64,000 nucleotides of DNA from Camelus dromedarius (taxonomy: Eukaryota). Numbering within the stretch: position 1 is the stretch's first letter; each line of letters begins with the position of its first letter. Both the position numbers and the translations under genes were made by a program. Below are positions 34,208-44,824 of the stretch, piece by piece. The stretch lies in the NCBI RefSeq assembly GCF_036321535.1, contig NC_087458.1, positions 6,014,001 through 6,078,000 on the forward strand. Direction: 5' to 3'. Below the pieces are notes generated by a model. That model was not told where the DNA came from. It saw nothing but the letters and a program-made list of their open reading frames with translations, and did no database searches.

Positions 34208-37200
34208 TCACTGCAGCCGGTCACTGCGGAACGAGTCCTCCACAGCAGGGTCGGGCAGCAGGGCACAGGGGTCGCTGAGCATGTTGAGCCCCTCCAGGCC
34301 CAGTGGCTCCATGCGCAGCTCCTCCTCCAGCCCCAGCCCCAGCTCAGCCGCTGACACCTCAAAGCCAGGCACTCCAGCCAGGGCCGCTGCAATCTCCTTA
34401 GAGAAACCGGGGGAGGAGTCTCCTGTGTGGGCAGAAGAGATGAGTGAGGACCCCACACCCACTGAACTCTTCCAAGACCCCCTCAGTCCCCTGCTGCGCC
34501 AACCAATGTATCACACCCTCCTTCCACCACTGCCCTCCTGCCCCTGTCACCATCCTCCCCTCTTACCTGTGAGGATGATGTTAGGCCCTGAGCCATGGCG
34601 GGAACAGTGGGTTAAGTTCTGGTGGTTGAGGGCATGGGGGTCCTGGGGGCCACTCACTGGCCCCTCACCCCCTAAAAATCCAGGCCCTTCAGAAAAGCTG
34701 GGGGGATCCAGCGCCAGGCTGGTGGATGGGTTCTCCACGCTGAACTGCTCCAGCTATGGACACACAGACAGACCTTGAGGAAGCAGGCTTCAGAACAGGG
34801 TGTTCCTGCCTGCCTTGGCAGAGCCCTGGGCTAATGCATCCCCTATGCCCAGTAATCTGCACACCCCTCCCCCCACCACCCCCACCTCGGGAACAAAAGC
34901 AGAGACAGAGGGAGACGGCAGCAAGCAGAGCGACGCAAGTGAGCACGGGGCCCAAAGTAGGTGTGGGCACCGTACCTACTGGGACAGAGCATGTGCGTGC
35001 CAGGAAGACAACAGGTCAAAGCAGTAGTCACCAAAGAGCAAGCTGCGCAGAGATAGCTGGGGAGAGGAGCAGGAGTGGGGTCAAATGCAGGAAGAGGGGG
35101 ACCCCAAGTTGGCAGTGCTCTGTTAGGGGGTGGGGGGGAGGATCTCCCCCACTTAGATCTCCCAATTCAGAGCATCCTTGAGATACCACTCAGGCTCTTC
35201 TGACCCACCCCCATCCCCTCCCCTGCTTCCGAGTAGGGACCTGGGTACTCACACTCCCCAGGCTGAAGTCACTCATTGGCCGGTGGTAAGACTGCTGCCC
35301 ATGCCCGCTGGAGCTGGGTGGGTACAGTGTCCCGTAATGCAGCTGTCTGCCCGGGGGCTGCCCACCTGACGGCTGCACTGAGCAGGCCTGGGAGGGCAGA
35401 CCTGGCTGCTGTAGAGGCTTTGGGGTGGGTGGCTGGGTGGGCAGAACCAAACTTGGGGGGCTGTATGGGTATGGAGGCAGTCGCTGGTCAGTGGGCAGCT
35501 TACTGGTGTCCAGGGGGACGCCCTAAAGAGAAGCAAGGAAAAGGGGGGGCTTAGCCCTCAGTGCGCTCCCTAAAAGGAAGTCTTCATCAGGGCTTCCCAG
35601 CCTCTTAAGCTCAACACAAATCTGACAGCATTCCATTGGGCATTCCATTGGGCATCCCTGGGGTGCGATTACTCAAAAATTCATCTCAGAATGAAAGAGA
35701 CTGAGTGAGGCTAACACGAGAATAATTTGGAATCCACTCCAGAAGTAAACTGTTCCTAAACCTTGGTACTTCAACTACTGCTAGTAATCAACCACTTGTG
35801 ACAACTCACAAGCGACTGATCACACAAAAGTGATCTTGAGAACTACTGTTCTAAAGTCTTGAAGAGGCCAGAGGGAGCTGGAGAGGAAGGAGGGGAAAAG
35901 GAGGGAAGGAGAAGGGGAGTGAACCTCGCTCCAAGAGAGCAAAGCCCTTGCTGGCCTGGCCTTAGTCTTTCCTACAGGAAAGGGGACCTATGTAAAGATG
36001 GAGCACAGAACACACATTCCAGGGAAGAGCGAACAACAGAGAAGGAGAGGCGAGTAGGGCAGAGGAGAGGGAATGAGAGCATTAGGGTAGAAGGAGTGGG
36101 GAGCAGAAAGAGCAAAACAGAGAAGGATGGGGACGGAGGGAAGAGCTAAGGATTTGAATATTGAAGAAAAAATGCTAAACTAAGAAGCTTTAATTCTGGT
36201 TCCAACTGTTCTTAACGTGCTGTATAAACTTGGGAAAGTCACTTTCCCTTTGTGCCCCAACCTCCTTGTCTGTAAAATGTCCACAATCTGACAGTCTCTA
36301 ACTCTCTGAAATCTAGGAAAGAAGGAGGGGAGATGGAGAGGAGATGGGACAGGAAGGAGGCAGGAGGGAAAAACAGGCAAGAAAAGAAGGACAGGAACAA
36401 AAAAGGGAGAAAAGGGAAAGGACAGGCTACCATCTGCTGAGCGTGCGACCAGGCTAGGTACAGGGCTGAGAACTTCACTTCCTTCAGTTCTGACAATACC
36501 AGCCTTGTTTTCTAGATGAGGACGCTGAGGCTCGTAAAAGTTAAATAACTAGCCAAGGAGACTGCTAGTAAGAGGCGGGGCGAGGATTTAACATCAGAAA
36601 GCTTAACCCCAGGGTTTGTACTCTAAAGTCAAGAGGAAACAAGATGAAAGGTGGGGCAGGAAGAGGACAGAGGAATGGAAGGGAATGGGACACCAGGAAC
36701 ATAGGAAGTAAAGAGAAGAGGGATTTGAGGAAAACCGGGTGGGAGGGAGAGAAGTTGGCAGGAGAAGAGAAGGGGAAGGGAGACAGACATGTAGGGAAGG
36801 CAGCCACGCATACCTGAGTGATGGAAGACAAGGTGGGTGACACTGTTGGCGAAAACTGTTTGGGCAGTTGCTGTTGGGACCTTCTGGCGTCGGCTGGGCC
36901 CGCGGGCAAACTCAGGGGGCTGAGGGGCACACGGCGGTGGCGGGGGGAGGCCCCAGGGGTAGAAGCTGGGAAAGGGGGGGCACCCAGCACAGGAGATGGA
37001 GCAGAAGAGGAGGAGGAGGAGGAGAGGGCCGGGGCACTGAGTGAAGGGTGACCCAGGGAGGTGGTGGGCAGTGCATGGCGGGCCAAGGAGGAGGCAGGCA
37101 GTGAGGGGTGACTGTGGGAGCCCTGGAGCTGGGGCTGAGGACTGCTCAGGGAAGCCTGGAGGTTGGGATTGCTTAGGGAGGACTGCAAGGATGGGTGGCT

Positions 37201-40200
37201 GAGAGGTGAATGAAGTCCTGTAGGCACAGACAAAAAAACCAGAGATGCCAACATTACTGATGGGAACTGGGCCCGTTTCTGCCCAGAATGGGGAGCAGTG
37301 ACCAGACTATGGAAGTGGCAACACAATGTCCTCCCTACTCTGTCCCTGACACTGAGGTTGGCATTGCCCGCTTGGGAGTTGCTCTCCATCTTCTTTCTAG
37401 GAGAAGCCACACCTACCAGTTCTCCCTGGCAGAAAACTGCAGGATGGGAATCCTGGGTTGGACAGGTGAGGGGCTGGTGTGGGCAGTCACAGGAGGATCC
37501 CAGGTGCTCAAGCCTCCCACTCTTTTGTCCCTCCAGCCAGACAGCACCCCATGGATACCTCGCTAGGACAGCCACTCACCTGGCGCATCATAGCCTGGGC
37601 CCAGGCCCAGGCCCCCACTGATGCCCAGGTGGGTCATGGTGTGGGTCAAATTGGAGGTACTGTTGCCCCCACTCAAGTTGGGGTAGGCTGTCTCCTCTGG
37701 GTCCAGAGGGATGGGCAGCGGTGGGGGAAAGTGCAGGTTGGTGAGGTCAGGTAGGGAGCCTCCCGTGTTCATGGCAGGTGGGAGGACAGGCACAGTGGCA
37801 GGCTGGTCAGGAGACGGAAAGATGCTGGGAAAGGAGAGGACAAGTTGTAAGTGGGAGGGGGCAGTGGACAGGGAAGAGCGGAGATCAGCCGCCCACATTT
37901 CCTATTACTTCCCTCCCCCACCCCTCAGCCAACTTCATAGAGGTACTTACTTAATTCCAGGGACTTCACAGGACCGGGGTCGGGAGGAGGAAGAGGACAG
38001 CTGAGGAGAGGGAAGAATGTGGCAAATGAGGACAGGACTCAGTGGCGGACCCTGAAGACTTGCCCCAGGGAAAAAGGAGGGACCACGGGCCACGCCTACC
38101 TTCTTAGCATCCCATGGCTTCAGCAAATGCTTATCATCTAGCAAGTTCTCCTCAATAGCAGGGACTTGAAAGAGAAAGATTGGTGATGAGAGGGCTGGAG
38201 AAGCCAGTAAGGCAGGTCAGGGAGCAGAAGCAGGCAGGAGGGAGTCCCACTCCGTGGCCCTGCACTAAACCCCCAGCACCGGCCCAGAAGTTCTCTGGCA
38301 TGCAGCTCCCACCTGCTGAACGTGCTGACAAACACATACCTTTGGAGTCCATTTCACCATCCAGAAAACCTGCAAAGGAGGCAGTGGAGTTGGCTGCTAT
38401 GCCCACCTGCCTACCTGCTTCCAACAAAAGCTCCATGGCTACCCGGGACCCTGGGACGTGGCCACTTACCTCCACGGCGGCTGGGCAGGACGCTGGGAGG
38501 GGCAGGGCCTGGGTAAGTGTCCTGAGGGCTGGGGTTCATCACGCTTGTGTGAAGGGCAGAGTCAGAGCTTGTCCTGTTGGGGGAACAGAGATGAGCTGAC
38601 AGCACTGACAGGCTTCCTGGTCCTCATGCCCTGCTCAGTTGGGGAAAACACTAGCTGGGCTGGGACAGGGTGGGTTGAGGGAGTAGGGCCCCAGAAACTA
38701 CAGAGAAGAAGAGATGTGGCCTAAAGAAGGCGAGGGCCATCACCTGTTAAGTGCAGATGGTAGTCGAAACAACTGCCCCTTCTCTGCAGGGAAATTGCCC
38801 CAGGGCATTGTCCTGGGATGGAAAAACAAAGTCATCAGGAGGAAGGCTAGCAATGGACCAGAGGCAGGGATGGGGGTTGGAAAATGTGGGGCAGCCAAGG
38901 TAGAGGGGGCTGGGCACCCAGGATCACGCCTCTTTCTGGTTCTTCTGAGATCTGTGATCCATGAACCCTCTTCCCAAACAACCTAGGAGACCAGGAAATT
39001 CTCAACTTCTATCTGCCAGGACAAGCTGAATAGGAATCTTGGAGCTCAGCAGCTCTGCTGGGAATGAGCATTAGGGATGAGATGGACAGAGGCAGGGTTC
39101 AGAAACCTACATGCCAGAATACTACGTCTGACACCCGCTCTTAACAGGAGGCAGCCATTTTCACCTGCCACCTTGCCATTCTCCCCTCCCCCTCACACAC
39201 ACACCCCAGCTACCATTGGTCCTGCTCTGGTCAGACTGGGAGGCTTGGCCACCCGTGTCAACATGGCCAAGACCGGACTCTGACCCACCTACTCCACCTA
39301 CCCCCTCCCCTCCCAGCCCTGGCATTAGGCGAGGAGATACTGCTGGAAGCCTAGCCCACAGGCTCAGACCCAACCCAAGCTCCCGCCAGAGACAAGTCAG
39401 AGAGTGGGCAGGAGATTCTGTCTGCCCTGGACACTGACCTCCGCCAGCTGGACTCCGGGGGAGGAGACAAGTAGGCAGGACTGTATGGAGAGCTGTCAAT
39501 GTGAAGAGCATCAGTTAAGGAAGAGAGTGAGGAGGGGATGGATGGGAGGGAGACCAGATAAAAGCAGTGGAGGCAGCAGATGAGTTGTTTGAAGAAACAA
39601 ACACCTTTCTCCTCCTCTACAAGGAGCAACAGAACAGGCAAAGAATGGAAGAGAAAAAGGGAATCAGGCCTAGTGGAGTCAGCAAAATATAGGAGAATAT
39701 CTGGGCAGGGCTTGGGGGAGAGAGGTCTGTGGAGGTCTCAGATTGAAAGCTAAGAACAGAAATGTAAGGAAGAGGGACGCAAACCTCCTTTAGCAGGAGA
39801 CATATCAGGGAGCCCTGCCTCTACCAGCAAAGAGCAAGCTGAAGTCAGGACAGTCAGCGCCAGCCAGAGATGGAGGGCACAGCCTCAGGAGCCGGCGCCA
39901 GCACTTGGGCCAGACGTCACTTTTCAGGGAGGCTGGGTAAAGAACTTCTGGAGGATGGGTCTGGACAGTGCTTCAGGTCCCTCCCTACCACAAGTTCCTG
40001 AGGAACACCATCCCACTGCCCCCCAGACTCCCCAGACCCCTGTGAAGGATANNNNNNNNNNNNNNNNNNNNNNNNNNNNNNNNNNNNNNNNNNNNNNNNN
40101 NNNNNNNNNNNNNNNNNNNNNNNNNNNNNNNNNNNNNNNNNNNNNNNNNNNNNNNNNNNNNNNNNNNNNNNNNNNNNNNNNNNNNNNNNNNCAACAGGGG

Positions 40201-43200
40201 GAAGCTGCCTGAGAGCCCGTGTTCTCCCAGGCTGGTGTCCACTCACCTGGAACTCAGCCAGGCCACAGCCAATCTGGTTCACGTTGGGCAGAGAGCCACC
40301 ATAGTGGGAGCTCCTTGTGTATGCCAATCGCAGTTTTTGGGCCTGTAACTGAGACATGGAGGACAGATGGGAGTGTTAGGGAGGGTCTTGAGCACTGTTC
40401 CTGTGGCCACCCTGGCCATCCCTGTCTCCAGGACATGCTACTACTGCTGTGGCTTTTAAGAGATCTACCAGAAGAAAGACCAGCACCAGGGGCAGGTCCA
40501 CTGAGACCTGGTGCAAACACTGCCCTGGCTCCTCTGCACACTACCCTCATTGGTGCTATCACTAATTTTTGGCATCACTCTGCCAGGCGGAGCCTGACAC
40601 TCTGCTCAGGGCCTGTTCCAGTTGGCATCAGTCTAAACAGAGTCCCTGAGGGGCGGCCAGGTGCCCCCAGGCTAGTCACATGGGCTAACTCCTGGGGAAG
40701 GGTGCCTATTAGGCACCTCTGCTTTCCCTTCCAGATGCGTCCAGGACTAATTGGAAGACAAGCGGAGGGCCACAGGTGGATGCCATGGAGCCATTACTGC
40801 CAGCCTCTTTCCCTCCCACTCTGGAGGGCAGGCACAGGCTTCCCAGCTCTGCCGTTTGCCCAGCCTCAGGAAGGTTACAAAGAGCCTGCGCCTCACAAAC
40901 TCTACAAATAAGGAATGATGGCTCTCCTAGCTGAAAAAACAGTGCCCAAACCAAGAAGCATTCTTCTACCCGGTCCTAAAGCCCCTGAATTGGCAGGGGA
41001 GCCTGGATGGGGGTGAGAGAAGGCGCGGTAGCCCACTCCAGCCTGGCCCAGAGCTATCTACTTGGCCTCATCCCCGCTTTGGGGAGACATGTGCAGCAGT
41101 GGAGTAAGACACCACCACCCTCAGCCTGGCACAGTTTCAGTCTTCCTACAGATCCCGTGTCCCTCTGTGAGAGGTGAGCACCTACTTCTGAGGCTCAGCC
41201 ACTGCCAACAGCCAAATAAGCAGACCCAGGGCAGTTGGTGAGTGGTGAGTTCTAAGAGCACACTGTTGTGCCTGGACTGACATCAGAACTGATTTTCTGT
41301 TCCAAAAGGTCAGCCCAGTGAGTCTGGTGGGCACTATGCTGACCTTTGGGCCACTTCAGGGCTGCTACTACTACATATGACAACCCCAGCCTCTTAGCAG
41401 TACAGGCCCCAAAGGCTACACCTGCCTCAGATGAGCCCTCCCAGATGGCCAGATAATAGGCTGGGCCCCAAGGTCTCCAATTTCTAGCCTTAGACTCTTG
41501 GGTCCCCAGGCCCTGACCATGTATGCCCATGAGATTTTTATGTTCAGAAGAGAAGTTACCCAGTAGGGGCAAGGTGGGTGGAGGGGATCTTTTGAAAGAC
41601 CAAGGCATCACAAAGATAGAATGCTCAACTTTTGAGCCTTTCTTTGTAACATACAAGCCCCAAGGTCCAACTATGCCTCGCTGGAGTCACAGTCCAGAAG
41701 GCATGGCCTCAAGCTGCCAGCTGGAGGTCAGTAGTTTGCCTACCTTCTTGCCTCTGCCCCAACCATGATCAAAAGCTCCTAAAAGAGGAGCAGTGAACAG
41801 TCAGATCATGATCCTCATGGCAGTGAGAGGGAGTTATGCGTGCGTGCGTACACACACACAGGATTTGCTTCCCCACCTAACTTTCTCTGTTCTGACTCCC
41901 ACAAACTAGGACACATGGTCTCTAGAGACTCAAAGGGGTAAAAAACACAAAAAAGACTAACAGAGTTAAGGGAGACACACACAAAAATACAACCAGAGTC
42001 CCAGTCATAGACAAGCTCAATGAAACGCAGCAGCGCTTTGAAATGTGGTATTTATGTTCCATCATCTCTCCTTAAATTCCTCCTAGCTAGCTCCCTGACA
42101 TGAGGGATCACTGCAATATCTTCACCTGCTGTTTTGAGAATAATGTGTCCCTAAATTAGGACTGCATACCAGCTGGATGACTTCCCACTCCTCACTCTCT
42201 CTGACATCCAGTCCTGGGAAGCAAGAAATCAAGGCTAGAGGGGCTTCAGAGGCAACTTTGCCAGGACTTTTTCCCTGAAACTTCTCAGGAATGAATATTT
42301 CCTACACTTATAAGACCCTCTAAGGCACCCCATAAGGGACCCACAAAGCAGCTATCTCTCTAATAAGTTCTGTAAACCATCAGGTTCTACACAACCTATA
42401 GCCAACTGGTTACCCTCTTTTGCGATTCAAAGCCCTATCTCCTCTCCAAGGCGACCAGGGCAAAACACCAAGCACCAGTCTGTGAGCAATGGACCTCACC
42501 TTCATTCACGTCAGGAAACCACAAGAAGTATTTGAAAAAGGAAGCAAAGGGACGGGACGCAGGAGGGGACTTCCTGCCCCATACCCAGCGCTGCCGTTCA
42601 AACCACTCAAGGGGCCCTTTCCCGGAGATAGTGAAGTGCCGAGAGTAGCACAACAGGACAGAGGAACCAGGTTAGAGGAGATCATCAACACAGAGGAGCC
42701 AGACGAGGGCAAAGAGGCCATCTCTCCACCCCATAACCCAACATCGGAGATGCTTCGGTAGAATCCCGGGGAGAACTCAATCAGGGATGCACGAGGACCA
42801 CCCACCTCCTACCTCCGCCGGGCTTCGGGGACTACCTTCTCTCTCTGCTCACTCTCGCCTCACTTACTCGGTCCCAAGTCGTTCCCAAACCCTCAACCTC
42901 TCTGGTATTTTCGACCTCCTCCCGCAAAATCCGTCTTCCTGCCCCTCGGCCCTCCACCCGCGCCTCCCAGACGGCTGCGCCCGCTGCCCCTGCCGCGTTC
43001 CGCCTCTTTCGCCCCGGCTCCCGCCCCCGCCCCGCCTCTCGGCTCCTGGGTCGGTAACTGCTGAGCTCGGCTCCCGCTCCCGCTCCCCGGCGCGGCCCCT
43101 TACCCGGGTGGAGCCGATGTCCATCATCACCTCCTCGAAGGCCGCCGTCTCCTCGGCCTGACGCTGCTTCTGCAGCGCGATCTTCTCACTAAACTTGCGC

Positions 43201-43256
43201 GGATTAGAAGCTGAAGCCGTGGCCGAGCCGGGCCCGTTCGCCCCCGACGTCGCCAT
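34208..43256 (-). CDS. CRTC2: CREB-regulated transcription coactivator 2 (TORC2), about 690 aa if the gapped exon has the human length
   Basis: Starts [36 protein letters not shown], ends [11 protein letters not shown]. Exons: 43256-43104, 40348-40247, [exon 3 in gap 40052-40191], 39500-39439, 38812-38744, 38573-38470, 38369-38340, 38164-38100, 38000-37951, 37824-37580, 37217-36814, 35522-35253, 34753-34567, 34422-34208. The SIK/AMPK motifs [10 protein letters not shown] and TGGSLPDL are intact. Intron 3 is U12-type. Confidence 0.97.
35588..35850. mobile_element. hAT-Charlie-like DNA transposon remnant in CRTC2 intron 11
   Basis: Ends resemble hAT terminal repeats (cagggcttcccagcc ... ttgagaactactg); internal 12-bp tandem duplication GCATTCCATTGG x2. 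Family not determined. Confidence 0.5.
39501..40052 (-). other. U12-type (minor spliceosome) AT-AC intron, CRTC2 intron 3
   Basis: 5' end [N]TATCCTTC (first base in the gap), branch site TTCCTTAAC at 39522-39514, 3' end CAC directly before ATT GAC AGC (IDS). Confidence 0.9.
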
Positions 43257-43560
43257 ATTCCTCCCCCGTCCCTCCCCGCCACCCCCCCAATACAAGCCAC
43301 GGCCTCCGCCGCGGGCCCCAGCCCGGCTCTTCCAGCCGTAGCCGCTGCCGCCGCCTCAGCGAGCACCGCGAACCCGGCCCCAGCCTAGCCCTGACCTGTT
43401 GCGCGCGGGGACCGCCGGGAATTGTAGTTTGTTTACGTGACTCCTTCATAGCCCCAGTCACGCTGTGAGGGAGAGGAAACGGACACCATTTCCCAACAGC
43501 CCTGTTGACTCCGGGAACTGGTAACTTTGCTCCTCCTCCTCAGCTCCTCTCTGCGCGGAG
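42900..43560 (-). promoter_or_regulatory. CpG-island promoter of CRTC2
   Basis: CpG-dense; ACTACAATTCCC (ZNF143/THAP11-type motif) at 43428-43417. Confidence 0.85.
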
Positions 43561-43860
43561 CAAGCTGGGAAAAGTAGTTCTAAACTGGTTCCGAGCCTAC
43601 AAACGCTAACGGGTGAGGGATTAGAGAGGAAAGGAAACTGGGAGGAAAGGGAAGGGGTGGAGACAGGGAGGGAAGAGGAGACAAGAGGAAAAATTTGGTC
43701 ATCTTCAGGGAAGGGGACCAAAGGGGCCTGAATGAAAACAGTGAGACCAGGGATACTGGAACATCTCTAAACATCTGGGGCTCAGGCCCTCTCAGACTCG
43801 CCACGTGCCCACCCCTTTCCCAAGACAAATAAGATACTGTAGAGATGTATACAAACATAT

Positions 43861-43866
43861 TTTATT
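43861..43866 (-). terminator. SLC39A1 poly(A) signal AATAAA
   Basis: TTTATT on the plus strand about 960 nt past the stop codon and only about 450 nt upstream of the CRTC2 promoter motifs. Confidence 0.8.
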
Positions 43867-44824
43867 TGGGTAACATGTCCCAAAACAGGTCAATTAGTAA
43901 AATAGATTCTAGATAATATGGCCCTACACACAGCCCTCCCTCCCCAAAAATAACTATGGGGGTGAGCCTTTCCCTTCCCCCTTGGGATCCTCTGGTATAA
44001 AAAAAGTTTTGGCAGCTCAGTGTTTATCATCTGGGCATGGGGCACCATGTTCAGCATTCCTAGGGTGCAGCAGCGGTAGGGGACCATAGCTCTACCAACC
44101 TTCCCCCGACCCCAACTCAGCAAACATTTCTGCCCCACCCCAGGATCTGGGACGAAAACAAAGAGTAAGTAGTCACCCACCACTGAGGTGCTGGGCAGGG
44201 CTCAGTGCCATCGCTGTGCTTTGAGAAAGAGGGCGGGGACTTATTTGGCACTTTAAAACCAGAGGAGTGAGCAGGACTGGAGAAGCCAGAGAAAGTACCA
44301 AAACTGGCAGAAGAGGCTGTTTGGCACTAGTCCCTTGGGAGAAGAGAAGAGGAAAATAGATACGAGGGTAGGAGCAAAGAAAAGCAGGAGAGGTCCCCTC
44401 CAAGTGACAGAGGGCTGAAATGGGCTAGAACCAACAGGACTGCTGCCTCTGGGCCTGTGTTCTCTCTATACCTTTGTCTCACAGCAGCTGGGTGCCCACT
44501 TCCAGCCTCCCCAGTGTCAGCTTGTCCCTACATGTAGTCTGACCCGATACCAGCACTCAGTGTCTCCCCAATACTAATGTCCCTTGATCATGTCTCTAGT
44601 GACTTGACCATCTTTTGTCCCTTGGGCCTGAGAGCCAGGCTCTTGTCTGTCCACTTCCCTCTCATTGGCCAAATAGTCCCAAAGGCTCTATCCCTACCTC
44701 CCAGAGAGCTCTTTGGTCCTCAATATCTCCCTGCCTCACTCCTTCCTATTCCCCACACATTGGGGGAGGGGAGGAAGGTCAAGGGCATGTGGTACCCAAC
44801 CTCCCCTGCCCATCTTGGAGCCCC

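Noticed and set aside
39912-39919. Near-CRE (AGACGTCA) inside the CRTC2 U12 intron as an autoregulatory site
   Set aside because: A single 7/8 match with no supporting motifs or CpG context is expected by chance at this scale.
40052-40191. Apparent loss of CRTC2 exon 3
   Set aside because: The 140-N gap fits the expected 117-nt exon, and the U12 donor sequence begins exactly at the gap edge.
42489-42761. 90-aa ATG-initiated plus-strand ORF in CRTC2 intron 1
   Set aside because: No recognisable homology, no promoter upstream on that strand, no splice or poly(A) support.
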